Assembly: GCA_028534125.1 (NCBI GenBank)
Contig: CM052817.1
Span: forward strand, 25,670,001-25,734,000
Source of the DNA: Lama glama
Lineage: Eukaryota
Length of the DNA stretch: 64,000 bases
Direction: 5' to 3'
The notes beneath the pieces were generated by a model that was not told where the DNA came from, made no database searches, and saw only the letters and a list, made by a program, of their open reading frames with translations. A program made the position numbers and the translations under genes. Positions 46,891 through 59,530 of this stretch are shown one piece after another (position 1 is the first letter of the stretch; each line of letters begins with the position of its first letter).

Positions 46891-49800
46891 AAAGTGATCT
46901 TCTATCTAAGCACTTTCGGACTGTCTTCTAAACAAGAAAGAATAAAGAAATGATTTCAGTAAGTAAAGGAGTCTTGTCTTCATCTAGATTTGAAGCCATT
47001 TTCCTATACGTACCAACCTGTGTGAGTAAATGCAAACCCATGATACACTCACCAAAAATGAAAGGATAAATGTCAGTTATGTCCAGGTTGTAAGGACATC
47101 ATTCACTGATTTACTTATTAAGTGACTGCTGACCCCCTTTTAAGTGCCAGGCACAGTCCTGGATTCTGGTGTTCAGAAAACAGTATGTCTAGAAGATAGC
47201 AAACAGTACACAATGTCAGGATAAACTAGAGACACATGTAAAATTTTGGTTCTACTTTGCTACATTGCATAAAAGCAGAAGAATGGGACTCATCATTCTA
47301 CCTATAAACACTGTGATTATTGTTACAGACTCCACATTTTCAGTTCCCATTTCAAAAAACAAAAATCTTTCATTGTGGTAATCCCAGTGAAATAAACTGC
47401 ATTGTCTTAGAATACAAATGAAGGATAGGCAAAATTCATGGTGAATAAAGAATATGTGCAAACAAATATTTTTATTCTCTTGTTCTTGTATTCTGGTTTA
47501 AAAAAAATGGTACTAGATATTAGCAAACATTTTCTCCCTGCTCACTCCCTCTTGTACCCCTACCACCCATCCCATTCCATTTACCCTATTTCTTGTTCTT
47601 ACCCACCCAGCCCTGGGCTTTATGGAATGATGGGTGAGCCAGCACTAAGAAGCAGGGAACAAAGGTGAATATGAATTAACTGTCTTTTCTTCTGATTGGC
47701 TGCAACAGTTTGATGAACAAATGGAATCATGGGATAAGAGACCTTATGACCTGAGTGTAAGAACAGTTAAAACGGGAGTAGGACTTCAAACACAAGACTT
47801 ATTTTATGAACAGCATCAAGGAACATTCAGAAGAAGAGGGGAATTGATGAGAGTCATGGCCCACGCCAAGTACTGCACTGAGACACACTGAATTACAGGT
47901 CAGGCAATGTCTTCCGTAGAGATGCTGGTAGGGACGGGTGGGAAATCCTGTTCCTTAATTCTTCCCTGATCTTACAGGTGTCACTAAATGGTCAATGGAC
48001 ACTCTACTCCCCATTTTGACCCCGTTTTGATTCCCTCAGACATTCTCTTACTTATGAATACAAACACTCCAATCATAACTTTACCAATGGAGATGAAATT
48101 GTTTAAGAAAGTATTTACTTGATATAACACCATTAAGTCAGTTTAGTTCCTGGTTGAATTTTCCTATAAAGGCAGTTAAACCACTTCTATACTTTTCCTC
48201 TTTAATTTTGATTTTACTGAAACTAGTTTTGTTAGAATCTGTTCTTTTCTGTGAATGACAGTGCTTTGATTCATTTATTAATTCTTTTGTCCATATTGCA
48301 TTTTATGGATTTGTGAGGGTTTTGTGTGTGTGTGATTGTACTTGTAGATCTTCCGTCTTCCTCCCCACCTCCATCCCTCCTTCCCTCATATGAGCTCAGG
48401 CTGGTATTCCTATTCTTGAGCACCTGGAAGACAAACTTCCCTGGCAGTTCCATGGGTTCTTTGTCATTGTTGGGCTGTTTCACGTTCTCTGCAGCTGACT
48501 TCTCTGGTGCTGTACAGATGGTGGACATCAAGAGACCAGTCCAGGGTCCCTAAGTCCCAGGACACTGCCTGACTGCTCTGAGGACACAGGGATCAGTATC
48601 TCATATCTAGTGGTGACCACTAGCTGGACACCAATGTGTCTCTCTGATTTAGCAAATCATAAGAAAATCATGATATGCTCTCAGATATTTCATGAACCTT
48701 TTATTCCCCTCAATTGTTCTACTATATTTTAATCTAATTGTTATAAATACTTTTGATCATTCTACCTACAGTGACTAACTGCTGAAAGTGTTAGAAGAAC
48801 AATAGCCAGTGACAAGTTCCAAATATCCCCTGGGCCAAATCCTCCAAGATTCAGTAACAAGGGTAAAAAGGGTTGAAGCATCTTGCTTTTTCTGACTGTC
48901 ATAATTTATCCACTAAAATATTGCATTATTGAAAATTGCCACATAGAGTATGTCATTAAATATTTGCATTTCAAAGACCAGCAATCACTAAAATTTAAGA
49001 ATTAAGCTGCAGTTTCTTGTAGGCAGTGCCTTAGAATAAATAAATATGGGTTGTGCTAACCCTTGATTTTATTTAACTTTTAATTTTATTTTGAAGATAG
49101 AACTGAAGCAACAGAAAAGTTGGAAACAAACAAATCTGGAACAGACAAGCATACAGTGGTAACGTAAGAAACTTTAACAATGTTATTTGTGGCTTGGATT
49201 TATACACTGTGAAGGACAGAGTTGTGGCAAGCTCTAAATCTTTAAGTGTGTGACTCTGAATTATTGTTAGAATTTAATGTGGATATTTACCCTAAGGAAC
49301 TATGAAGCCCTGAGTTACTCCCAGAGCTCAAGAAATGGGTAATGGTTCTCCTCTCTGCCTGATATTCTTCTTTAGATAATATTCTTTAGATTCCTCCCTT
49401 GCATCTGTGCTCAGTTTTCTTTTGTATTTCTGGACCACACCTCTCTGTCAGCCAAATGTGAAAACTCTGCAGAATAAGTTATTTCTAAGGACTTTATTTG
49501 ATTTTTAATAGCCCACAGATCAAAATTTATTTAACTGTACTCCAATTATGTCTTTAAAATTTTTTTGATATATCATTACAGTGTGAATAGTCACATGTAT
49601 AAATGTGTGCAAGTCTGATTATAGGGTAGGATTATGAAGACCAATAGCATAAAGATTTTTGAAGTTCTTAATTCAGCAGCTGTGTCCCAGAAAAGCTGTG
49701 TCAACGTACACTCTACCAATGGTAAATGAGCATGTCCATGTAGCACCAAACTTTGACACTGGCCTTTTGTTCTTTAAACCTTTGTCAGTTTGAAAGGAAA

Positions 49801-50659
49801 AAAAAAAACTTGTTTTAATATGCATTTCTTTGGTTGCCAGTAAATCAGAACATTTTTGATATTTGCTGGCAATTTGAATTTCTTCTCTTGTGAATTGCCT
49901 CTTCGTGTCTTTCACTGGAGCACTCATATCCTTGTCACTGCTTTACAGGCCTCTTTTCTCTAGTGGGAACATGGATCCTTTGCCATGTATATTGCAAACA
50001 CTTTTCTCAGACTGTCCGTTTCCCTTCTGTGGATGATTTTTTCTCCCTCAACTAGTTTGTGACAATTTCCAAAACATCTTCACAAACATCAAACTATTAA
50101 AGGAGCATGACTACAAACCTGCAATTACTCATCAACTGTGGGCTTCTCCCTCCTACCTCAATGAAGGAATAAGACATTAATACATGTAAAACAGAAGAGA
50201 AGGTTGATACCACACTAGTGTTTAACTTTCCTAAGTCTTATAGTTCATTTTTGATACTAAGGTTCTCAAAATGCTTTAATGTATCTACACTTCTGATCAA
50301 CTGATAATCTTAATTAAATAACTGTACATTGTGTGCTAGATACTTTTTTTTAATGAGAAACCCCCTTATTTCAAGGGACTGCTCTACCAGGAAAGTAAGT
50401 GCAACATACTTTTTAAAAATAATAATAAGTAACCTTAAAAATGATGGTTTGGGTTTAATGTCTATGCGGTTATCTTTTATGTGAAATATACACTTGTTGT
50501 AATACTTTATATGAGCAATATTTTTTCTATTTTTTCCCTTGCTGAAACTACCCCCCAACCCCCTCACTATGTTCTGTGGAAAAAATCTTTCGAGGTGAAC
50601 AAAAACAGTAGCAATGATCAACGACATGTATTGAATGTTTACTATCTGCTCCTGTACAT

Positions 50660-51009
50660 TGTTGACCTAAAACAATTAGATTGCCAATTATTTCTCCAGG
50701 AAAAAAAAAAAAAGAATGTATTCTGGATCAGCAAAGAATTGCAATTCAGAGTCTGCCACCATGGTGAGCCACATGCAGGTCTCTTTTATAGAGGCAAGAA
50801 AGAAAGGTGAAAGGGCTGTAGCAAACAAAGAGTCCATGGCTTTTCATTGGCTGGGTTGTGGCAGCCTCTCATTGGCTGAGCGCCTGCCCAGCCCAGAACA
50901 GGGTCTTTCTTCTCCCTGTTGGGCTTTGCTCTTGTTGTAGGGTGTGGGAACTCCCCTTCCAGCCTCCCAATTCTATTTAATTGAGGTTTCTGTTTATTCA
51001 TTTTTTACA
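50660..51009 (-). mobile_element. Probable ERV solo LTR (about 350 bp)
   Basis: TG...CA termini. Minus strand carries two CCAAT boxes (50875-50871, 50850-50846) and CTATAAAA (50791-50784). The TSD is not convincing. Confidence 0.6.
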
Positions 51010-51337
51010 AAGTTATTGGATGTTTTATGTGGATTATTTTATTCAATCCCCCAGCAACTTTCTGAGGGAGTTTCTATTGTTATTCCACTTTTATAGGCAA
51101 AGAGTATGAGCTATAGAGAAGTCAAGTAATGTGCTTAAATTCACATCGTGAGTAAACAGTAAAGCTAAGCTTCAAACCCACAGTCTGACTGCAGACTTAA
51201 TGCTCTCAACCATTGTGCTATACCCCCAGTATCAGACTGCATGAGAACACTTGTCTGTCAGCAAGGGTCCCTTATAAAATAATAATAATAGCAAACACAA
51301 ACATAGCCCTTTCTGTGTGCCAGACACTTCTCTAGTC

Positions 51338-51550
51338 CAGGGTTTCCCATGGGTGGCACTACCAACAATTTGGGCTGGATAATTCTTTGTCGGGGAGTGG
51401 AGGGGCTGTCCTGTGTGCTGTAGGACGTTTAGCAGCAGATGCCTGTAGCAACCCTCCCCACCCCGTTTTGATAACAACAACAAAAAATGTCTCCAGACAA
51501 TTCCAGATGTCTCTGGGGTGGGCAAAACTGCTCCCAGGTGAGAACTACTG
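51338..51550. mobile_element. MER20 hAT-Charlie MITE
   Basis: CAGGGTTTCCC...TTTGGGCTGGATAATTCTTTGT...AAATGTCTCCAGACA...GGTGAGAACTACTG. Confidence 0.85.
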
Positions 51551-52139
51551 TGCTAAACACTTCACTTACATTAAGTCATTTAATCCTCACAACAACCCTA
51601 TGAAATAGTTACTATTATTTCCATTTTACTGACTTCAGACCAGTTCTATTCTGGGTAATCTAACATCCATCAAGTGAATGTAAAACACAATTCATAATCT
51701 GGATCAGCCTAATTAAGTCTGATTGTATTACCTGTGGATAAGCCATCTACTTTGGCAACACACCAATGCTTGGATTAACACATTTTGTTGGGGGAAATAA
51801 GCTTCTATTAATGAGGTCTGCCTAAGTATAAAGGGGGTCTGGGGAAGCTCCAAAGTCCTCATTCATTTTGCAGTTCATTCAACAAGTACTTACTGAACAC
51901 CTGCACAGAGTCAAGCAGTATCTCGAACCCTCGAGGTGAAGTGGTACATGAAACAAAGTCCTTCCACTCATTCTTGTGGGATGCACATTCCAGAGACAGA
52001 CAGCAATCAAGAAAATAATGACAATAGTTTATTTTCAGATAATGTTAAGTGTTCTGGAAAAAAAACCAAGGCAGAGTATGATATGCTAACAGAGTCGAGC
52101 AAGGCACATGTTGGTTTAAGTAAGGGTGTTAAAGAAGGC

Positions 52140-52395
52140 TTTATATGATTTCTTTTATACGGCACTAAGGAAAAGCAAAAGTACAGGGACAGAAAACAGG
52201 CCAGTGGTTGCCAGAGGCTGGAGATGGAGGGAGGGGTTGACGACAAAGGCACACGAGGGAGTTTTTAGGGTGATGGAAATGTTCTAAGTCTTAGTTATCT
52301 CTTGATGGTGGTGATTACACAACTGTATGCAAAAACTCTAGAACTGTATACCTAAAAGGGTAGGTTTTACTTTATGAAAGTTGTAATTCAATACA
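52140..52395 (+). mobile_element. L1ME/MC 3' end fragment
   Basis: CAGTGGTTGCCAGAGGCTGG...GGGTGATGGAAATGTTCT. Confidence 0.7.
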
Positions 52396-52398
52396 CAT

Positions 52399-52401
<3 letters not shown>

Positions 52402-52431
<30 letters not shown>
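52402..52431. repeat. (TC)n microsatellite
   Basis: Visible in the sequence. Confidence 0.95.
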
Positions 52432-52435
<4 letters not shown>

Positions 52436-53627
52436 ATCTTTCTCCACCCAGGCTTTTTACTGTTTTACGAACGGAGGTTGTTGAGAAAGGGGCGTGGGTG
52501 TTGTGTCTGAGGCTGGACTGTGTGCTAGAACTCGCACTGCAGAGCAATTCAGAGAGAGCCTCAGGTCAGGCCGGCAGGAGACCACAGCCTGGCCCCTGCT
52601 TACCCTGCGACCTTCAGAGGCTGTGGTGACGTTGTTGCAAAAAACCTCAGAGCACGTGGGCACATGGGAGGTCACCCTCAGCAGCCAGTTCAGCTGGGCC
52701 AACCTGGGGAGTACAGCCGGCCCCAGAACCAGAAAATGTGCTCAGCACCGTTCAAACCACAGGCTGCGGTTCACTGAGCAGCCTGCTCTCTGTTCACCTC
52801 CTTTCTCAGGGAAGATCTGGTTTAATCTGCCACCACCGTGTTTAGAACGCTCGAGACTGGGCAGAGTTCACCTGAGGTCTCACCCACAGGCCTCCTCAGA
52901 AGTGTCACGCCCTCACGTGCCCAGCCCATATATGGCTGCTTGGACCCCACTGTCCCCACACAACCACCTGTGGCAGGAAAAGCAGGGTTTGTTTCCACTA
53001 ACAAAACCTGCTGCGCTGAGACAGCAGCCTGTGCAGGAAGGAACCTGCTGCGGTCACTTTCCTTAAAAGGAGTATGAGGCAGGCTGGTCCGCCCCGATGG
53101 CACACTCAGAGAGGGGAAGCAAGAGGGAAAGTCTTCCTGGAATGGATTCCTAGGACCATTGCTGTAGCTCAGCTGCTGGGAACAAAGTTGCTGGAAATTA
53201 ATTTGACCTTGAAATGTATTATTGTGTTAGTTACATGTATAAAGAGATAGAAAAGCACAATCGAAACATTCTTCATGACGCTAGAATAGATCACCTTTGA
53301 CCCTTTAGGAAATAGAGTGAAATCAATAGTTGAGTGTCTGAAAGTTTTAGGTCCAATAGGTCTAGTCTCAGGTAAAAAGAACCGGCTGCAACAAGAAGGC
53401 TCTTCTAAATTTCAGTAATACTATTTCTTGATTTTCTTGGTAATGGAGGGGAGGAGAATGAAGTGTACTCACAATTTGACATTGAAATGCCCTACTGTTG
53501 CAGCCAATTCTTTTTATCTGAAGACTGGACCTACTGCATCCAATACTTTCAGACGCTGAGCAATTGATTTTATTCTATTTCCTGAAGAGTCAAAGGTGCT
53601 TATATTCTAGCATCCTAAGGAATGGTT

Positions 53628-53659
53628 TTGTGTGTGCGTGTGTGTATGTGTGTGTGTGT
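53628..53659. repeat. Imperfect (TG)n microsatellite
   Basis: Visible in the sequence. Confidence 0.9.
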
Positions 53660-54639
53660 TTTATTTTTTAGGTTTTAAATTGAATGAACAATGTTTTGGT
53701 TGTGCATTTCTGTCCCTTAATATATGGAATCTATAAGTAGTACTATTTCTTTATTTTTGGGGGGATGGAGGGGAGTCGAGTGAAATGTTTGTTTTCTTCC
53801 GTCTTCGTGCTGCTGAGACCATTGGCGCTAATGTGTACAGTGCGTGCCACCTTCTATTCACCCACTGTTTTTGTATCTCAGGTCAGCTGCTTGTTTCTCA
53901 GCCAGAATCTTTCCTCAAGAATTCTGTGCTAAGTATAGTCACTGAATATAGAATGCAAGTGTGATGCGTGCTTTTAAAAAAGATAAGCAAAATGGAGGAG
54001 GAAGAGGAAGCATGATGATTGATAAGAACTTTTGAGTTTGCATGTCTGTCTGAATCATCTTTGTTATTCTCTCCCCCGTAACAAGCAGCACAGGGTCTTC
54101 CATGCAAAGGCCTCTTTGTCATATCTGGTAAGTATTGCTGAATGAATATTCTATAGCACAGTGACAAACCTGAATTCTTAACCCTACATAGTGGTGATAA
54201 ACTTGTTCTCTGAGACCATTGAGATGGAAGCCAAAGAAGTGGTTCCTGTCTGTTAGGCAGTGAATCCAGAAGCAACATATTAAATATGAAAATACATCCT
54301 AGAATATTGTTTAACTAACTCATAAGAAATCAACATCAATTAGTAGTTATGCAGCTGTCATTTTTAAAAGGCAAAACAAGCATATTGAGGTGCTGGAAGA
54401 GTCTTTTTAATGCATGAAAATAAATGTAAGTACTTCGTGTTTATTGCCTTGCCTTACATGTTTATAGAATCCTATATTAAAGGCCTTCTAAAGTTTTGTA
54501 GTCTAACACTATGAATTAGAGGAAAGGTTCCATCCATTCATGTTATAATGCTAAGGAAAGGAAATGCTCATAATCTAGTAAGTTGCCATTTCTTAAGGCT
54601 TTACAGGCAAAGGGTGTTTGTTTGTTGTTGTTTTTTTTT

Positions 54640-55145
54640 TCATTTATTCATTCAACAAATATTTATGAGTTCCTGCCATCATAGAGCTCTCAGTTAGTCA
54701 GGGAGACAGACAGTAAATCAATGTTCATAGCCCATCAAGTACCTGCTTCTTAGAGGAGCCTACAGGGTATTATGGGAGCACAGAGGAGAACATGCTCAGC
54801 CTGGAAGATTCAGGAAAAAGACTGCCAGAGGAAGTGACCCTTGAGTTGAATCTTAAGGACTCGTGCAAGCAGAGATTAGAAAGGCAGGGCATTCCAGATG
54901 AAGGAAATGTATTTAAAAATATAATTATAGAAGAAATGATACATCTGGACACTGCAAATCATTCAGAATGGTCATAGACGTGGTGAGGTAGAGAGGGGTG
55001 AGATTATAAAGGATCTTACCACCACACTAAGATGTTGGAACTTGACCTTGAAGGCAACAGAGTCACTAAAACTTCTTAAGCAGGATCCTGGGGGATGAAC
55101 AGAATTAGGTTCCTGTTTTAGAAAGGTTACAGAGACTGGCAGGAA
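54640..55145 (-). mobile_element. L2 fragment
   Basis: CATTTATTCATTCAACAAATATTTA tail followed by typical L2 body (GAGGAAGTGACCCTTGAGTTGAATCTT). Confidence 0.65.
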
Positions 55146-56103
55146 GTGTTTAAATTTGTTTTACAAATACCATTTTTTCCGCATCAGAGTGTGGCCTGAT
55201 TATAGGAGGCCTACTTATGAATGAGTGGATGGAAATGTATGCATAAGACAACACACATTCCTTCCCCACATCCCCCACACTGTGTAAGGCAGGGGCAGGT
55301 TGTGGGAAGGGGGGGTCCCTGGTTTTTTCTTTTTTTTTTTTTGGTTTTTTTTTTTTCAGTTTGGTTTTTGGGTTTATAATGAGAAATACTATTAAAAGTA
55401 ATCCTAAAACTTCTAAAAAAGATACCATTCCTGGGATCTAGATTTTGAACATAGATACCGTATATAATGATATTGAAGCCTTTAATTCTCCCCACCCACA
55501 CAATTGGTAGTCAGAGCAGAAAATGAAAAGTCAAACCATTTCTCTACTAAGGGCATCTACATACTAGGATTAAGCTTCATTTGCTACCTATCAGTACTAC
55601 TCTTTAACCAGATTAAAACATTCATTGTTAACATTACTATCGTGATTATCATCAACTAAAATCATTTGAACACTCACAAAGGACACTGTATTAGCACCAT
55701 CTATCAAGTTATCAGTAGAGCAATCACATTTTATGTTCAATTATTCCACTTCTGATTACCGCTACATCGTTTCATCTCAGGGTAAAATATTAAAATTTTG
55801 ACAACATTTTCTTATCTATCATTACTCTCTGATTCTGTGGATCCATTTATTGGCCAAGTTGTTAGATGTCACCATAAATTCTTAACTATGAATGTTTCTT
55901 CAATTTCTCTTTCTTAGTATATTGCCAGAATAAGAGATTAAAAGCTGCCATTTTCAAATTCTAATTTTAAATTGGGTAAAACCAGGCTGTATTTTAGACC
56001 TTATTAATACGTGTAAGTCATATGATTCAGTTATAAGATAAACTTCATGAAAGCCCTTTGGCCATTACAAAAAGGAATACAAGCTATCTTTCCTAGGTGA
56101 AGT

Positions 56104-56751
56104 TGATACACAAAAAAATGAATGTGGGTCAAGAGGAGGGCCATGTTCCAGGTCTTGGCTGAGTCCCTGGGATGTGCCCTGCCAAGTGTGGGTCCTTGGC
56201 TTTGCACAGGAAAGAATTCAAGAGTGAGCCACAGTTGAGTAAAGGTAGATTTATTTAGAGAGATAGACATTCCATAGACAGAGAACAGGCTGTTTCAGAA
56301 GGCAAGAGAAGGGTCACAAGATGTGGGCACTGGGTGCTCAGTTTAAAGTAAAAGTAGCTATAACTCCATAGACAGGGTGTGGGCCATCTTACTCAGAAGG
56401 GAGAGCGGCCACGAGCTGTGGGGGTTGTTAGTTTTTATGGCTCAGTAGCTTCACATGCTAACAAGTGGGAGGATTATTCCAACTCTTTGGGGAAGGGGCT
56501 GAGATTCCCAGGAATTGGGCTACTGCCCAGTTTTTGACCTTTTATGGTTAGCCTTGGAACTGTCATGACACCTGTAGGAGTGTCACTTATGATGCTAATA
56601 TAATACAATGAGCATATAGTGAAGCTCAAGGTCTACAAGAAGTCAAATCTCCCACCATCTTGGGCCTACTGGGAGTTGAATCTTCCACCACTTTGGTGAT
56701 AACTTCTGTGTCATTCCTTGAATGGCCGTACTCTGCCCCCTTCCTGTCTCA
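56104..56751 (-). mobile_element. ERV1-class solo LTR, 648 bp, with perfect 4-bp TSD
   Basis: Inverted termini TGATACA...TGTCTCA; TSD AAGT at 56100-56103 and 56752-56755. Minus strand has CATAAAAA near 56438 and AATAAA near 56255. Confidence 0.85.
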
Positions 56752-56755
56752 AAGT

Positions 56756-57200
56756 CATTCATTCATTCAAAAAATATTTGCTGAGTATCTACTATGTGAC
56801 ACAGTACGTAACAGACACTGGAAATATAGCAGTGAACTAAATGGACAAGGTTCTGCTCTCAAGGAGCTGACATTCTAGTGGGAGTAGAGAAATAGATATA
56901 TTGTCAAGTGGTGGTAAGTACTGAGAAATGAGGAGATGGTGTGGGAGTGGGAGTGGCAGTTTGCAGGGTTACATAGCATAGTTGGGAAAGGCAACAGGAA
57001 GGAAAAGGGGGACGGTGAACGGCTAAGAGCCTTCATAAGACAGAGACATGCAGAAGATTTACTAGCAAGTGCTTGGAGTGTTGGCAGAAGAGGAAGGAGT
57101 CCACTGTGGGGCACAGCAAGCGTGGTCTGAACTGAGGCCAGCATCACGATGTCAGATCATGAAGGATGTTTGATTTGATTTGCCTTCACCAGGGTGGTGG
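56756..57200 (-). mobile_element. L2 fragment
   Basis: CATTCATTCATTCAAAAAATATTTGCTGAG tail, then CTCAAGGAGCTGACATTCTAGTGGG. Confidence 0.65.
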
Positions 57201-58639
57201 AGCAAATGAACTGAAAATACGAGTAGTAAATCAAACAAAATAGATTTCAGGACTGAACAAATAATATAATTAGCATAAAAAAAGAGAAGAGGGTATATGG
57301 GAATTCCTAGTTCTTAAATTAGGATTCATTGTTTGTTTTTACTGAAAATGTAATCTGATTTGATTGTAATGCTTTTCTAGCCTTTCTCACTGTAAATCCA
57401 AAAGAAAAAAACTGAATTAAATTTCCAAAACGAAACAATAAATAACTATGAGAGGAAAAAGAGGAGTATGAGAAGAATGTCATTTGCTGTTAATGTGAAC
57501 AAATGTTAACACTGAGAAATCAAATGAGGGCTAAAAAATAGTATCAAATTCCAAAAATTCAGGCTATGGGTATACCACAGCTGTCTTTTGTACTTGAAGA
57601 CAACGTTACTGAAGTAATTTTTATCTGTGCGTGTAGGTGTGATTACCAAGAGGGAATGGGGAGTCTCTTCCAGGTGGCTCTGATAAAAAAATGTTTCCTG
57701 TGCTTTGTGGTTGGAGCCCTCAGTGGTAGATTTTGTGAAGTATCTCTTCCTGATTGTAACAGTTTTAAATCAGCCCTTTCAACTAGCAGTCCATGTCAGT
57801 GCATCATTGTTTTATATTATGTTGCTTTTTCTAACCACTTCCCCAAGTGGGAATGTTGAAAACAGATCCCTAAATAGATCTCCCAGACACCCGAGTTTGT
57901 TGCCACAATTTGGCTACGTTATTCCACTAGTAACTTAACTCATCAGTCTTCTGAACCATTTGCTTGCAGTTTTCATTATGGACACATATTGAGGATCTCC
58001 TGATCAAATGTCATTTTGGGAGGACTAACCACATTCAACCCTCCCATACTGGATAGAGATGGCTCAGAGTAGTAAACATTTAATCTGCAAATAATGAACA
58101 TATGCATTAGTCTGCGAACAAAAGCAGTTGGACATTGCTTTTACACATCACTTGAGACAAACCAAGGAAACACCTTCCCTTTATCCACCATGAGCTCAAT
58201 GGGGGCAGGGACCTTAGCTGTTTGGCTTAAGATTGAGTCAACATATGTAAAGCGTTTTAGATTTGTGTTTGGCATCTAGGCGCTGAATAAGCTAGTTACT
58301 TTCAATAAAATACGCACTGGCTAGAGAAGACTAAGGAACCAACTTTTGTGGAATTCCTATCATCCCACCATTGGAAAACAATGCTTATGGCCACAAAGTT
58401 GAAGATTATAATTGCTATGGCACAATATCCACAAATCCACTACCTGGAGCACAGTAATTATCAGATAGTTGCTAGGGGAAGGGTTGCAGAGGCTGGAAAA
58501 GAGAGGCAACTCTTGCTGAGTTCCCTCAAAGCTCTAGGACAAAACAGCCCTATTCTCCAAGGAATCAAAAAACACAGGCCATTCTCTGATCGTCTTCCAG
58601 CCCTGCAGAGGGACCTCTTCCTAAACTTCCACCCCCAGG

Positions 58640-59530
58640 GGCCGGGAACAACTGGAATCTGTCAGGGTCTCCGCGCCCCTTCCCCTCCCCCCAGGGCCCG
58701 GCCCAGCCTGACGCCCCCCTCCCCCACGAGGTCCCCTCCCCGCAGCCCGCGCCTTCCCTCCCCTCTCCTCCCGCCCCTCCCCCGTCTCCTTTCCCTCCCC
58801 GGCCCAGGCCATCGGCGCCCCCGCCTGGAGGGGAGAGAAACCCCCAAGCGGGCAGCAGAGGCCGTCTCCCGGGGCAGGCGGGCGGGCGAGGAGGGGGCGG
58901 GGCCTGGCGGGAAGGGCGGGGCGGCCAGCCGCTCGCGCCGCGCCGGGACTGACGGGCCAGCCAGTGCCCGACCCCCACCCGGCCGCCCGCCCCCTTCGGG
59001 GCTGCGCGACGAGTTTCTTCCCCCGGGCCTGGTGCAGCCTGACGGAGGGGGAGTGGCCCGCTCCGGGCCAGCCGGCGCCGGGGGTGAGGCTGCCCGGAAG
59101 GGGCTGGGGGCACCCGAGGGGCCGAGCATCCCTCTCCTCGGCCCGCCGGCCCCCGCCCCCCGCCTTCCCTCCTCCTCCCGCCTGGCCGCCCCGCCCCGCC
59201 GTGACCCCCGGCCGCCTTCGGAGCCCGACGCGGTAAGTGCGACTTCCTCCTCGGCGTCGGGGAGGGGGCCGCGGCGGGTCGGCCGCGCGTCGCGGCCCGC
59301 TCCCACGCCCCCACGCGACCCTCCCGCCGGACCGCTGTCGCCCGAGTCCCCCTCGGGGCCCGGAGGGGTGGGCCAGGCGGGGACCTCCCCGAACCGCGCC
59401 TGGGGCTCGAACCCCGGTCCGGCCTCCCGCCACGCAGCCGAGAGCCCGGAGCGGAGTCTGGGCCGCCCTTGAGTTGTGCAAAGTTCTGGACGCGGCGTTT
59501 GTGGCCGGCCGGCCGAGATCGTGGGCTGCT
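58640..59530. promoter_or_regulatory. KLHL5: CpG island promoter with GC boxes
   Basis: Abrupt GC- and CpG-rich block with GGGCGGGGC Sp1/KLF boxes near 58895 and 58914. The gene name rests on recalled synteny (KLHL5 lies head-to-head with TMEM156). Confidence 0.85.
58930..59232 (+). other. KLHL5: Non-coding first exon of a plus-strand gene, probably KLHL5 (start approximate; intron 1 runs off the window)
   Basis: Consensus donor GCG|GTAAGT at 59232/59233 inside the CpG island, downstream of the GC boxes. I saw no ATG in the exon and no kelch or BTB coding sequence in the window. Confidence 0.7.

Noticed and set aside
48271..48531. 86-aa minus-strand ORF upstream of TMEM156
   Set aside because: Poor Kozak context, includes simple-repeat sequence, no recognisable homology, and TMEM156 is complete without it.
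52494..53066. 190-aa plus-strand ORF
   Set aside because: GTG start, no domain and no exon structure; explained by local GC content.
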